64,000 bases of DNA from NCBI GenBank assembly GCA_001643675.2, contig LSRY02000048.1:434001-498000 (forward strand). Direction: 5' to 3'. The translations under genes were made by a program, and so were the position numbers. This document shows positions 52,566 to 63,770 of the stretch, one piece after another; positions within the stretch are counted from its first letter, which is position 1, and each line of letters opens with the position of its first letter. Source of the DNA: Monocercomonoides exilis PA203. Its lineage: Eukaryota > Protista > Preaxostyla. The notes beneath the pieces are model-generated. The model made no database searches. It saw nothing but the letters and a program-made list of their open reading frames with translations, and was not told where the DNA came from.

Positions 52566-55500
52566 TCAGCATGTGGAGTCTCCGCTGTCGTAGAAATACC
52601 CATTTGTGTCTTCAACATAATCAATTGCATCGGATGCTGTGACAATCATGACTCCTGGAGGGAAGCGCTGATATAGCTCCTTTTTCAAATTGAAGAGAGA
52701 TGGTCTGTCAGCGGGAAGCTGTGCCAGGCATTTCTTCGCCAGCTCTGCCAAGCAGGAATTCTCCATCCAATGCAAGTTTGGCCTTTCTCCATTCGCAATC
52801 TTCTGCCCAGCTGCCTCGGCATCATACTCCCCAAACGGAATTTTTAGAGTCAAGCACTCCCACAGTATCATCCCAACTGAGAATGCCACAGATTTCTTTG
52901 TTGCTCCCAACTTCGTGTTGATCAGCAGTTCAGGCGCCTTCCACCTCATGCATTCTTTTTTGAAAAGGCTCTCATCCTCAAAGGCAGACGAGGGCAGAGA
53001 GTCATCATCATCATCATCATTAGTTGCAGATGTCACAACAGTTGATGACGAGATGGAAGAAGAGTCAGAATCATCAGAAGAAAGGAGATCAGAGTGCATC
53101 ACAATGCAGATCACCATATGTTCTGAGAAAAGAACAACGTGAGGACTCAGATTGACCAATGACTGGAGTGGATTTTCCATTTCGTCAAGCGAGTGGAGTG
53201 CGAGATTAGCAACCCAGAACAGGATTTGGGCTGTTGTTTGTTCTCTCTCCTGCAAAGTCTCAATTGGCATTTCCTTCTTCTCATTCTTTCCATGCAACAA
53301 CATAAACAACGAATCCCTCAAATCCACAATCAGCTTCTCATGAGGAGATGAGCATGCCATTGCATCCACCAGATTCGACATCGACGAGGTGGTTGGACAC
53401 AAATCCTCCCCTCGAACAAATGTTGAATCTGAATCAGTTGTTGAAGTGGATGAAATGGAAGGTGATGGAGTCTGCTTTCTTATATCCTCTTCCTCAACCT
53501 TCTCCAATACCCATTCTGGAATCTTGTCCGAATCCTTTCCAAGAATGTATTCAGTCGATCCACTTTCAGACAGAAGGTGCTCTGATGACTCCGAGTGTTC
53601 CAAGCTCTTCTCATACACCCTCTTCTTGATCCTCTCCTCATTCTTCTTCTCAGCTTCTCTTTCCTCTCTCCTCCACTGCTCCTCAGGAGACATCTCCATC
53701 GTGACCATCTCAAATGCCTTCGGATCCTTCTTCACTGTGTCGTTCACAATCTCCTCCAGTTCTTCTGTTCGTCTCTTTGCCTTCCTCCACCGAACGACGA
53801 ACACAATAAGTCCGAGGAGGACGATAAAAAAGAGCAAGAGAAATACAATTATGATGATTAACGGAAAAGTCGAAATTGTGTTTGTTCCTTTGTTCGTCAA
53901 GCTTTCGTGTTCATTGAATGTTGATTTATTTTTGATGACGATAGATTCAGTCGATGAAAGACGGTCAAGGTTGCCGTACAGAATGGAAACGAATAAGTCG
54001 GTGTCACTTGGTGCTTCGTTGAAAACCGACAACGAGACGAACCCTTGAACCTCGCTTTCCGAAAGAAACCCTTTGTCAGAAAAGTGATGCTTTTGAACAT
54101 ATTCGACATTGCCTGCTTTTGAGGTTATCTGAAACGACAAATTGCAAGGCAGAAGAAGCGATCCGGTGAAAGAAAGTGTCAAATCGCTTTTCAATTCATT
54201 GGTTTTCACAGAATGCAGTCGTGGAATAAAGAATGGAGACGATCTTTCCTCTGCGATCCCAGAGACGTTGCATCCATTGTTCAGGATCCACATTGACGTA
54301 TTTGGAAGCAAGCCGTCTCCGCCTTTAAGACTGAGAATTGTCAGTGCCCCCGCATTGGAGCAAATGATGTTTCTTCGAGCAGATGGATACTGAGGGATGG
54401 ATGGATTGTTGTTGCAAAATCTTCCATCGGCCACAGAAACACTTCCACCAGAACAGGAAATCCCTCCAAACGGTGACTGCTCAACTGTTGTGTCATTTAC
54501 GATTGCCAAGCAATTGTCAAAGTGCACCAATGATCCATTCCAATTGCATATTTCAAGTTGACTGTTTCCATTTTGCGGGTCATAAGCATTTTCATCATTG
54601 ATGCTGCCTTGAAAAAGGCAGGACTCTACGATGAGCTTGTCGCAACATGAGAATGCAGACAAACTGCCAACTTCAGCAGCGTTTGAAGGGCAGCAGGAAA
54701 GAGTGCAATTAGACAGAGAGAGTTTGCATTCAGGTGCACAGCAATCAATGCATGAAGCAGGTGTCAACGAAGAGACGTTTGCGAAGGTGATATCTTTGAA
54801 AGAAAATGATTCCATTTTCGTCGATGACTCCATTGGAGATAAGTTAACAAGCTCGACGAATGACCCACCATTCATAATGCAGTTTGAAACCCCCAATTTT
54901 TCTATTGAACCGTTTGACTTCTTCACCAGCAACATGCTTTTGGAGGAACAGACAAAATCCAGCTCTAATCTGTGGATCATAATATTTCCATCTTCGCATT
55001 TGATCGTTCTCGGGCAATTCAAGTTTTGGATTTTCATTTCCTCCAAAATGAGTTCACAGTTTGTGGCAGAAACAAGAACTGGGGCGTTTGAACCGCTATC
55101 CGACTCGCTGCAGAATTCAGATGAAACAAGCGAAGCTCTTCCATCAACAACAGAAAATAATATTTCGTGGCTCGAGGGAAAAGTGAGGGGAAGGATAAAA
55201 CGCACACTTTCGATCGACGCTTCATTTTCTGCTGAAATCACGCACTGGCGAGTCATGCTGAGGGCAGAACGAAAAGTGATGTTTGCCTTCTCTCGTGAAA
55301 GAGATTTGATTTCCGTGTTTGTGATGTTGCATTCGTTGTCTATTTCGCCGAGGCCACCGATCAGAAGCCTTGCAGCGAAGTCAATCACAAGATGCTCCAG
55401 CCCGCGCCCAACAGTCAGACATGGTTGATCCACTTTCCCGCATTGCCGCCCATTTGATCCGTTTCTCTCTTGCAATGATGAAACAACGATGGTGCTTTGC

Positions 55501-58500
55501 TGGTAGACAGTCACATAATCCGTCAGATCAACCGGATTGTGATTTTGATTGTCGCATCCGAAGATTGCATCAAAACGATTGAACACATCTGGTCGAAGAT
55601 CCAGGAGAAATTGAGCTTCATTGATCTGGCTTTCGATGCTCCAGCACTCAACAAATATGTCTCTCCCTTTCCAAGCGCTGTTTCCTTTGAACTCGTCGTT
55701 CTTGAAAACAAAACCCAGAGATCCCTGCCCTTCGGTTTTCAAATATACACCTCCGCCTTTCCCATTTGAAAGAGAGCACTCACAATTTGTGATTCTGCTG
55801 TTGTTCACTTCAAATCGACCGCCAATTCCAAGCATGAACAGCATGGCTCCACCGTTTTCCGATGATTCGGATCTGCACATATCGAATGTCGAACCATTGA
55901 TCTGCATGGCTGATGGGGAGATTGAAGAACATTGCAGAATGCAAGCACCGTTCAAAGAAGAAGACACTTTTTGGAATGTTGAAGCACTGATCGTTATTGT
56001 TGGAACTTCATTTCTTTCTGGAAGATGGCCGTCAATGCGACGAATAAATCCTTTGTCTGTCACCATATTTGACAAAATGCATTTGCTCAGAACACATGGA
56101 CTGCCGCTCCAAATGGAAATCAATTCCAATTCGAAAGTCAACTGAAGAACTTCGAAGTTGGAAATGAGCAAAGGACCGCTTTGCATCTCAATGAAGATCA
56201 AGCTCTGGAAGCGGACAGAAACATCTGAGCTTAGTGAGCATCGTGCGAGGGACAGTTGCCCATTCTTGCTGCAAATAACAAATCCATCCACATCATCCAG
56301 TGTGACATCAAGGAAAATGTCGATTTGCAGGAATGACAGACTCCAAGAGTTTGAAAACAACCCATTTGCAAAATTATCCACTCCAGGCTTCTTCAGTACA
56401 AGTTTTGCCTTTGTTGGTTCATCTGACACACAATGAGTTGATGCAACTGAGTAGTTGGATAAATCAAACATATTTTGCACAAAAGAAGTGTTGTCAATGA
56501 ATATTTGTTTTTGGGCAGAACTTTGATTGATTTGGTTCATCCCCTTCCAAAATGTTGAGCAAGGGTCGTCCTCATTCCCACATCTCGTAACATCCATTCC
56601 TTTGCTGGAAATGAATATTGTGTTTGAAGAATACCCAATCAAAAAGCGGAACAGATCTGTGTTTTCATTCAGAGGATCGCTCCCAACAAATTCGTTTGGA
56701 TCATCAGCCAAAGAAGAGAAGTTGAAGTTGAAAGTGGTGCTTGTGACTGATCCATTCAATTCACGAGCTGCAATGAAAAGACTTTTTCCAAGATATGCAC
56801 TATTTCCTCGAAATATCACATTCTTGAAAGAAAAAGGTTGCGGTTCATTTGAAGATGAACAGTCTGCAAACAAGAAACCTCCTCTTCCATGTGTTTCTGA
56901 GCAACCACAATATTCTAATTCGCATTCTTGAAAAGACAACGAAAAATGTGTGGACACATAGCAAGCAACGACACCTCCTCTTGATCTGCCTGATGCTTTT
57001 CCTCCAGTGAAATTGCATTTATCAGCAGAAAAATCAGATCTGATAATTAATGGAACGTCTTTGAAGCTGCGAGGATCGAATGTGCACAGACTCAGATGAA
57101 CGAAACCTCCAGCGGAGCGAATGAGATAATACTGGCATGCACTGTCAAGAGAAGAAAGAGAAGAGAAGAATGAAAATGTGCAATTCTCGATTGTCAATCC
57201 TTTATCAGGAGAAGGAGCAGATTGGAGCAATCCAAGTTGTCCAGAAATGAAAGAAAGCGGAAGCGAAAAGCAGATCGATTCAAACGACAAAGCTTCATGG
57301 CTGCAAATAACATCATCCACCCTTCCATCAGATGAATTTGGATTGATTGTCAGAGAACATCCATTCAAAGGATCTGATGAAGCCACCTCAAATGATGACA
57401 AATCATATGAGTGGTCAACTGAAGCCCCATCGACAATGGTTATTTTCTTTTGCTGCTCGTCTGACAGGATGTTCTGAAACCCTCTTGCGAATGAGCAGCA
57501 GGGATATCTTTCACTTCCACAGCCGATCATGTCAAATCCTGCTGAAGAGATGATGATGCTTTGCGACTGAAACTGGATCAAGAACAAATACAGATCATGA
57601 TTTGAGTCCTTGAAGCAACTGCGGTCGCATCCCATCAAGTCGGCCGATCTCTGGCCATCGTCTGTCACCAATGATATCAAGAACTTGGATGGGCTGACAG
57701 AAGCATTCAAGTTGTCGCAAATCAGAAATAGGTCTTTGCCGCACTCTGCTGAGTTGCTTCTGAAAGTGATGTTTTCGAACAGGAAGTCGTTGTTTGCACC
57801 TTCGGGAAGAGAAAGGAAAACTCCGCCTCCTCTTCCAGTGCAATCAGCAATGCCACTGTTTGTGATGCTTGTATTTCCGAATCTCAGCATGCCTGCTGGG
57901 TGAAGACTGCATTTCGCGAAGCCTCCTTCTGCAGCCCTGGACTTGCAGCTGTCAAAAGCACAGTTGCCAGCCATTATCACGTTTGTGCAGCTTGCAACAT
58001 TCAATAAGGGCTTATTTGCTTCTGCGAATGACCAGTCTGAATTTTCAATATGAACCGAACCCTCTGAAACGGATATTATTCCACCGTCACCTGAAAATGA
58101 GAGATGAGCGATTTCTGTTTTTGTCAGTTGAATCACTCCTTTGTTTCCTCTGATGATGCACATATTCGTTGAAGTGTTTGTTCCAGATTCACCTCCGATA
58201 AGGCAGTCATCAACAAACAGACTCCCGCCTTGAATGGAAATCATTTGCCCGACAGAAGACTCCTGCGAAAGATTGAACCTCAAATATGAAAGCATCAGCG
58301 ATGCAGAATGGATCTCGGTTTTCAATGAAAAGCCCCCATTTGCGTCAATCGCGAATGAAGATCGACTTGTGGAAGAAATCCCACGAACTGTGAGCGACAA
58401 TCCATTTCTGTCCAGAACATCGTTTAAACTGCATGAGTCGAGAATATTGATGGCTGTTTGATCTGAACGCATTTTTCTGAAGCCAAACATCAGATCTCCG

Positions 58501-61500
58501 CAGGGCTCCAGGTCATCTCCGCACATGGCATTGCTGCTTCCACCGTTTTTGATGAAGACTGTGCTGATTTTGGGGGGAAACAGATAATACAGGATCGAAA
58601 CATTGGTGAGTGGATTATCCTCTGAATCCACGACCCATTTGTATTTGTTGTCTTCATCCTCTTTGGCAGATCCTTCCCATCGCTGGCTGGTGATGATATC
58701 TCGTGGATTTGGGCATATCAAATATACATCGTTCCCCAATGAAGCTTGATTGTCCAAAAAGAAAAGCTGCTTCATGGAGTACGCCACCCCAACCTCTGGT
58801 AACTTCAAATAAACAGCTCCTCCAACTCCAGTGTCTTTGTGCACACAGCATCCTTTCAGTGTGTTGTTCGAGAGCACGAATGATCCTGCGCTTTTCACTT
58901 CTGCATGAATGGCTCCGCCTGCAACGAAGTTTGCATCTGTGCACAAGCATTGGTCCACTGTGCAATTCCATAATGTTGATGATTTTCCTGCTCCAATTAT
59001 GCCATGCATCACACCTCCATTTCCGGTTTGCTTTTTGACACTTTTGAAAGACGTGCTCATGATGCTTATAGTTGTTGATTCTTTCAACCCAATAAAGCTG
59101 CTGGATCCTATGTTCAGCTCACTAATCTCCGAATTACATATTTCCAAAGCAGATCCATCTGAAACTTTTATTGCTGGGCTTGATGATTGAACAGCAATGT
59201 CTGCCCAGATCAAATTCTCGCACATGCATCTCGATTCGTCTCCTTCAATCGCAAGTGCAGAACGAGAACTGAAACACAGCCCAGTCAAAACCATATTTCT
59301 GATGTTTATGCATCCTTTTGAGGCAGTTGCAAGCGAAACATCAATTGCATTGGAATCTGAAGCAAACGAGCATTTTTCGAGAGACAGGTTTTTATCGCAG
59401 CAATGAAACACTGCGCTTATTGAATTGAGGAAAGATGAAGGAAGAGAGAAGCAAATGCTTTGAAAAGAGCAATCTGTTTTTGTTTGGATAATGTTTTCTC
59501 TGGCATCGCGTATATCTTGAGCTATTTTGATTTGTGATTTTTCTGGCATCGCTGTGAAGTCGGAAGGTTGTGTGTCAACAACAAGTGCACGATCAAGCAA
59601 AAATGGTTGAAGAAGGCATATTTGCCTCTTTTCATTTCGAAATCTCAGTGAAACGGCATATTCGATCGTGGAGCATGGATAATCCGAAAAGCCACATGCA
59701 GTGTAATCGTGGCCATCTGCTCCGGCAATGAATGCAGGAGATGTGAAGACTCTGAGATATGTGTCCAACGGAATTGGAAATGTTTCATTTGTTGTTGATC
59801 TCTCGTATCCTTCCAGCTGTGCAGAGTCTGAAATACCATTAACAATTTTGATTTTCTCTTTTTGGATGGTCAGCGACAGATCGTGGCAATTCACAAAAAT
59901 ATTTTGTCCATTTTCAGCTGAACAATCTGAGAAGACTGTTTTCATGAAAGCAATGTCTGGCACACTGTTGTCTTCTGCATATAAATATACTCCTCCTCCA
60001 AGACCGCCATTTCCTCCAGACATGTGAGAAGAGCACGAAACAAGTGAGGATCCTGCAGTCTCATTTTCTGGTTTTTCCATTCTGAAAGAAGATTCAGCTT
60101 GCATTCTCAAAGCGATTCCACCTCCATTGCCGCATTCAGAACTGCATTCTGAAAGCTCACCTCCTTCAACAACCAGACTTTTTCCAGCACCAACAACACC
60201 TTCAATCCCTCCTCCATTTCCTGTTTTTCGAGAAATTCCAGAAATCGATGAGTTGGCGAGACTTATCTCACAGCTATCTGTGAAAGTGATGGCAGCTTTG
60301 GAGAAGAAATGAAATCCAGTAATTACTGTCGAGTCAATCATTGTGTTGCCCGCACTTAATATAAACAGGGATTCCTTCAATGGCTCTTGCTCGCTGTGTG
60401 CAGAATCAGCTGAAATGGAGCACATTCGAAGTTGCAACGATCCGTGGGATGTGAGAGAGAACAATGAAGTTTCTGTCGACGATTTTGTTGTGTTGTGAAC
60501 AAAATCGAATGATGAGACTTTCAGAGAACCGGTTGAAACGGAAAACAATGAACCAGAAGAAATGGACGATATGATTGTAACTTTTGCGCTTCCAGAGTTT
60601 GTCAGTTCAATATTCCTTGTGCCGAAATTGCAGTTGCTCTCGATGTATGAAGATGGATCCACCGAAATGTTTGTTTGCGAGCTTTTGTCGGGATCGATCA
60701 CATTTGTCACAAAAGAGATGGATTTGCATTTTCTCTGATTCAGACCACATGCATAGTGGTCAAGTCCATCGACAGAGTTCACATAGAATTTGTCAAAAAA
60801 GCCAAGCTTGATCCAGCCGCTTTCATCATTTGATCCATACATAACCCTTTGAGTTCTGTTTGTCATTGTTCTGCATTCCACGAAAGAACCTTGGGTTAAC
60901 AACTGTATCCAGTTTTTCAGAATGCCCACATCCTGTCCATCAACAGCCGCTGTGTTGTTGTCGAAAAAGCAGAATTTGACAAACGAAGAAAGAAACGGAA
61001 AAGATTCACCATCATCTGAGAAAAGAATTGCACCACCTTTTTCATTTGTGGAGCAATTCGAAAATTGGCAATCAGAAATCAGATTCGGTCCTGTATCTCC
61101 AATCCAAACAGCTCCACCGCCAAATTCTTCAGAAGAGGCTGAATCAGAACAATTCTGAAATAATGTTTGTAATATTTCACATGAAGAGCCTCTGTTAAGA
61201 TGAACTGCTCCTCCATTTCTTTGTGCATGAATGGTGAAGCATGTGCAATCCTCAATTGTTATGTTGTTTACGCTATTAACTGCCAATGAAGCTCCGCCAA
61301 GTAAACCATCAATACATGAAAATGATGTATTGATGATTAGCAAAAAAGATGAATTTTCGCTGTGGATTGATCTTGCAGATCCATTTTGAAAAACACAATT
61401 TCTGAATGACACGTTTTGAGAAAAGTGAATATCAACTGCGTATGTTTCATTCACAGAAAAAAAGCAATCATAGAAAAGAATATCATTTTGAGATGATAAA

Positions 61501-62318
61501 TCAAGCATTTCTGTGTAAGAGTGTAAATATGTGGAAGTGTGATAGCGAGTGTATGTGCAGTTCAAAGCAGAAAACTTTTTGCAAAGGTGAATTCCCTGCA
61601 CAATCCCCCCATCAAAAGGTGAAGTTACTTCTGAAAATACACAGCAAGAGACGGTTGAATCGACATGTGATGTGAAGTCATTTCTATTTCCATTTTCTGT
61701 GTTCGAAACATTGTGAAAGTTGCAATTATCGATGGAAATATCATTTGTGAGGTGATTTCCAACAAGCGGATGTGAAGAGAAAGCAAAAGATGACAGTGTT
61801 GTTGACAACAGTGCAATTGAACCATGATGTTGCGAAAACGAAGGGCTCCCATGAAGTGTTTTTACGAGTGATAGAAGATGATGATTGTTGCATGAAAATG
61901 AAATATTTAGACAACCAAGAATGATATCTCCACCATCAGAGCTCAACAGCGGATGAGAGCTTTGCGCAATCACAACACAACAGGAATGTGCAATAAAAAC
62001 TGAAAAGTCATCAATGAAGGCAAAACCATTTTGAAGGTTTGGAATCATTGTTGTGTGCATCAAATGAACAGAAGCATTGTGCAAAAATAGAGCAGTTGAA
62101 ATCATTGTGTGGGGTTCAATGTGTTCTATGTGATGTGTGAAGCAATCTGGCAACATATCATCTTGATTTGACAGAAAGTGAGATTTTGATTTTTCGTTGT
62201 TGAATGAGCGATTTGCGAAATTATTGGTGGGAATTGATTTATTCCGATTTCTGTGCGATAAATCATTTTCTGTTGAAGAGGCATTCAGAAGAAGAAGAAG
62301 CTCTATCAAGAATGGCAT
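52566..62318 (-). CDS. Intronless ~3250-aa type I membrane protein: signal peptide, Pmp-like beta-helix repeats with six CG...PC modules, TM helix, degenerate TKL-type kinase C-lobe (receptor-like pseudokinase)
   Basis: First ATG at 62318 gives MPFLIELLLLLNASS. Many GGA(I/V) and FxxN motifs. TM FPLIIIIVFLLLFFIVLLGLIVFVV followed by RWRK. Kinase motifs RWKAPE, FSVGMILWE, GERP and CLAQLPADRPS. Confidence 0.9.
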   Translation of the reverse strand: MPFLIELLLLLNASSTENDLSHRNRNKSIPTNNFANRSFNNEKSKSHFLSNQDDMLPDCFTHHIEHIEPHTMISTALFLHNASVHLMHTTMIPNLQNGFAFIDDFSVFIAHSCCVVIAQSSHPLLSSDGGDIILGCLNISFSCNNHHLLSLVKTLHGSPSFSQHHGSIALLSTTLSSFAFSSHPLVGNHLTNDISIDNCNFHNVSNTENGNRNDFTSHVDSTVSCCVFSEVTSPFDGGIVQGIHLCKKFSALNCTYTRYHTSTYLHSYTEMLDLSSQNDILFYDCFFSVNETYAVDIHFSQNVSFRNCVFQNGSARSIHSENSSFLLIINTSFSCIDGLLGGASLAVNSVNNITIEDCTCFTIHAQRNGGAVHLNRGSSCEILQTLFQNCSDSASSEEFGGGAVWIGDTGPNLISDCQFSNCSTNEKGGAILFSDDGESFPFLSSFVKFCFFDNNTAAVDGQDVGILKNWIQLLTQGSFVECRTMTNRTQRVMYGSNDESGWIKLGFFDKFYVNSVDGLDHYACGLNQRKCKSISFVTNVIDPDKSSQTNISVDPSSYIESNCNFGTRNIELTNSGSAKVTIISSISSGSLFSVSTGSLKVSSFDFVHNTTKSSTETSLFSLTSHGSLQLRMCSISADSAHSEQEPLKESLFILSAGNTMIDSTVITGFHFFSKAAITFTDSCEISLANSSISGISRKTGNGGGIEGVVGAGKSLVVEGGELSECSSECGNGGGIALRMQAESSFRMEKPENETAGSSLVSCSSHMSGGNGGLGGGVYLYAEDNSVPDIAFMKTVFSDCSAENGQNIFVNCHDLSLTIQKEKIKIVNGISDSAQLEGYERSTTNETFPIPLDTYLRVFTSPAFIAGADGHDYTACGFSDYPCSTIEYAVSLRFRNEKRQICLLQPFLLDRALVVDTQPSDFTAMPEKSQIKIAQDIRDARENIIQTKTDCSFQSICFSLPSSFLNSISAVFHCCDKNLSLEKCSFASDSNAIDVSLATASKGCINIRNMVLTGLCFSSRSALAIEGDESRCMCENLIWADIAVQSSSPAIKVSDGSALEICNSEISELNIGSSSFIGLKESTTISIMSTSFKSVKKQTGNGGVMHGIIGAGKSSTLWNCTVDQCLCTDANFVAGGAIHAEVKSAGSFVLSNNTLKGCCVHKDTGVGGAVYLKLPEVGVAYSMKQLFFLDNQASLGNDVYLICPNPRDIITSQRWEGSAKEDEDNKYKWVVDSEDNPLTNVSILYYLFPPKISTVFIKNGGSSNAMCGDDLEPCGDLMFGFRKMRSDQTAINILDSCSLNDVLDRNGLSLTVRGISSTSRSSFAIDANGGFSLKTEIHSASLMLSYLRFNLSQESSVGQMISIQGGSLFVDDCLIGGESGTNTSTNMCIIRGNKGVIQLTKTEIAHLSFSGDGGIISVSEGSVHIENSDWSFAEANKPLLNVASCTNVIMAGNCAFDSCKSRAAEGGFAKCSLHPAGMLRFGNTSITNSGIADCTGRGGGVFLSLPEGANNDFLFENITFRSNSAECGKDLFLICDNLNASVSPSKFLISLVTDDGQRSADLMGCDRSCFKDSNHDLYLFLIQFQSQSIIISSAGFDMIGCGSERYPCCSFARGFQNILSDEQQKKITIVDGASVDHSYDLSSFEVASSDPLNGCSLTINPNSSDGRVDDVICSHEALSFESICFSLPLSFISGQLGLLQSAPSPDKGLTIENCTFSFFSSLSSLDSACQYYLIRSAGGFVHLSLCTFDPRSFKDVPLIIRSDFSADKCNFTGGKASGRSRGGVVACYVSTHFSLSFQECELEYCGCSETHGRGGFLFADCSSSNEPQPFSFKNVIFRGNSAYLGKSLFIAARELNGSVTSTTFNFNFSSLADDPNEFVGSDPLNENTDLFRFLIGYSSNTIFISSKGMDVTRCGNEDDPCSTFWKGMNQINQSSAQKQIFIDNTSFVQNMFDLSNYSVASTHCVSDEPTKAKLVLKKPGVDNFANGLFSNSWSLSFLQIDIFLDVTLDDVDGFVICSKNGQLSLARCSLSSDVSVRFQSLIFIEMQSGPLLISNFEVLQLTFELELISIWSGSPCVLSKCILSNMVTDKGFIRRIDGHLPERNEVPTITISASTFQKVSSSLNGACILQCSSISPSAMQINGSTFDMCRSESSENGGAMLFMLGIGGRFEVNNSRITNCECSLSNGKGGGVYLKTEGQGSLGFVFKNDEFKGNSAWKGRDIFVECWSIESQINEAQFLLDLRPDVFNRFDAIFGCDNQNHNPVDLTDYVTVYQQSTIVVSSLQERNGSNGRQCGKVDQPCLTVGRGLEHLVIDFAARLLIGGLGEIDNECNITNTEIKSLSREKANITFRSALSMTRQCVISAENEASIESVRFILPLTFPSSHEILFSVVDGRASLVSSEFCSESDSGSNAPVLVSATNCELILEEMKIQNLNCPRTIKCEDGNIMIHRLELDFVCSSKSMLLVKKSNGSIEKLGVSNCIMNGGSFVELVNLSPMESSTKMESFSFKDITFANVSSLTPASCIDCCAPECKLSLSNCTLSCCPSNAAEVGSLSAFSCCDKLIVESCLFQGSINDENAYDPQNGNSQLEICNWNGSLVHFDNCLAIVNDTTVEQSPFGGISCSGGSVSVADGRFCNNNPSIPQYPSARRNIICSNAGALTILSLKGGDGLLPNTSMWILNNGCNVSGIAEERSSPFFIPRLHSVKTNELKSDLTLSFTGSLLLPCNLSFQITSKAGNVEYVQKHHFSDKGFLSESEVQGFVSLSVFNEAPSDTDLFVSILYGNLDRLSSTESIVIKNKSTFNEHESLTNKGTNTISTFPLIIIIVFLLLFFIVLLGLIVFVVRWRKAKRRTEELEEIVNDTVKKDPKAFEMVTMEMSPEEQWRREEREAEKKNEERIKKRVYEKSLEHSESSEHLLSESGSTEYILGKDSDKIPEWVLEKVEEEDIRKQTPSPSISSTSTTDSDSTFVRGEDLCPTTSSMSNLVDAMACSSPHEKLIVDLRDSLFMLLHGKNEKKEMPIETLQEREQTTAQILFWVANLALHSLDEMENPLQSLVNLSPHVVLFSEHMVICIVMHSDLLSSDDSDSSSISSSTVVTSATNDDDDDDSLPSSAFEDESLFKKECMRWKAPELLINTKLGATKKSVAFSVGMILWECLTLKIPFGEYDAEAAGQKIANGERPNLHWMENSCLAELAKKCLAQLPADRPSLFNLKKELYQRFPPGVMIVTASDAIDYVEDTNGYFYDSGDSTC

Positions 62319-63298
62319 TCTGTTCTTCTCCAATCAAATTGAGTTGTTTTTTTGATGTGGATCAACCCATGTTTCTGAATAAATTCGGCTTCAAAAATTC
62401 AATATGGGAATTTATAAACTAATGAGGACTGATTTTCAAAGCATCAGTGTTTTATCGAAATGTGTTATTCCTCAAAATGGGCTTTTTTTTCTGAATAAGC
62501 TCACAATAACAGTTTGAAAGAGTGATAAAAAATATTCTTTCAATTCATTTGTTAGTAATCAAAAAACTTTGCTGAGTATGAAAATGCAATCATTATAATA
62601 TTTTTGTCTTTCGCTTGAATTATAAAAAATTTTATTTTCAATTCATATGGTGAGTAATTAATTGAAACACATTTTATTAAAGTGAACATTATATTTGCAA
62701 TGTCAAATCGTTTTTCTTCAACTTTTCTGAGATTATTTTTTTTTCTTTTTTATTTGTGTTAGAATAATTTTTAAGTTTTGTTTCATATTTATTTCATTTT
62801 TCAAAGACTTTACACTTGCAAAAATAACAGTGAACTTAACAATTCTAGCGTTCAAATAATTCCTTTTTTTTTTTTTTTGAAATTATTCACTTTCAAAAGT
62901 GAACAATGGAAATAATTCAAATTGCTGAACTTATTATAATGCAATAAACATATATGTTCGTGAAATATTTCCTTTCAAAATTCATGATGTAAGTAAATCT
63001 CAAATGATTTTTTCTTTTCGAAAAAAACTTTTTTGTGTCAGATTTTTTGATGCTCCAGGTTTTCTTGAACATAATATCTGAAAATAAAGGGATGTACCAA
63101 AGACAAAACTGAGGAACACTTTGCCTTTTTGAATACATTTATAATTATGAAAGTTCCTTGAATGTGTTCTTTTATTTCAAAAATCACAAAAAATATCAAA
63201 AACGAACAATTCATGAAAACAGTTAATAATTATCATATGAAAATTTGCTGACTTCGAAGAACAACTCACATTTGTGCCGAAATAATGAAAACATGAAA

Positions 63299-63300
<2 letters not shown>

Positions 63301-63342
<42 letters not shown>
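63301..63342. repeat. Poly-A tract (~42 nt)
   Basis: Read directly. Confidence 0.95.
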
Positions 63343-63344
<2 letters not shown>

Positions 63345-63593
63345 GGCATATGCACACTTAACAGCAATTTCTTATTCTTGCATATTTCGTTTGTTTGTTA
63401 CTTATAAACATCATTTGTAATGTTTTGAGTAGTTAAAAACATGCGGAAGTTTATTAAAATAAAATTTTAATTTGTCAAAAATTATGAAAATGGGTCGAAA
63501 ATTTTTCTAAAAAAGGGGGAAAAAATCATAATAAATAATCAAAAAAAATTAATAAATTAATAAATTAATCAATTAATAAATAAATAAATAAGT

Positions 63594-63770
63594 CTATCTT
63601 AATGAGTTTTCTGAAAACTCAGAGGCAGATAAACCATCGACTGGGTCAATATTGTCGGTTTCACTTGTTTCGCTGTCATCAGAAACAAGTAAATCATTTT
63701 CATCAGGTATTTCTTCTTCATTTGGGGCAAAATATTTCACTTCAGGCATTTTCATTGAAAAATTATGCAT
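63594..63770 (-). CDS. Small acidic ORF (58 aa) or terminal exon of a gene extending beyond the window
   Basis: MHNFSMKMPEVKYFAPNEEEIPDENDLLVSDDSETSETDNIDPVDGLSASEFSENSLR*, in a GC-elevated island, with a possible TAG acceptor at ~63774. Confidence 0.35.
   Translation of the reverse strand: MHNFSMKMPEVKYFAPNEEEIPDENDLLVSDDSETSETDNIDPVDGLSASEFSENSLR

Noticed and set aside
9087-62318. Alternative genetic code (most intact genes end in TGA; some oxymonads reassign TAA/TAG)
   Set aside because: Multi-kb ORFs contain no in-frame TAA/TAG, Gln uses CAA/CAG, and copy 1 ends in TAA. In-frame stops occur only in copies that also have frameshifts.
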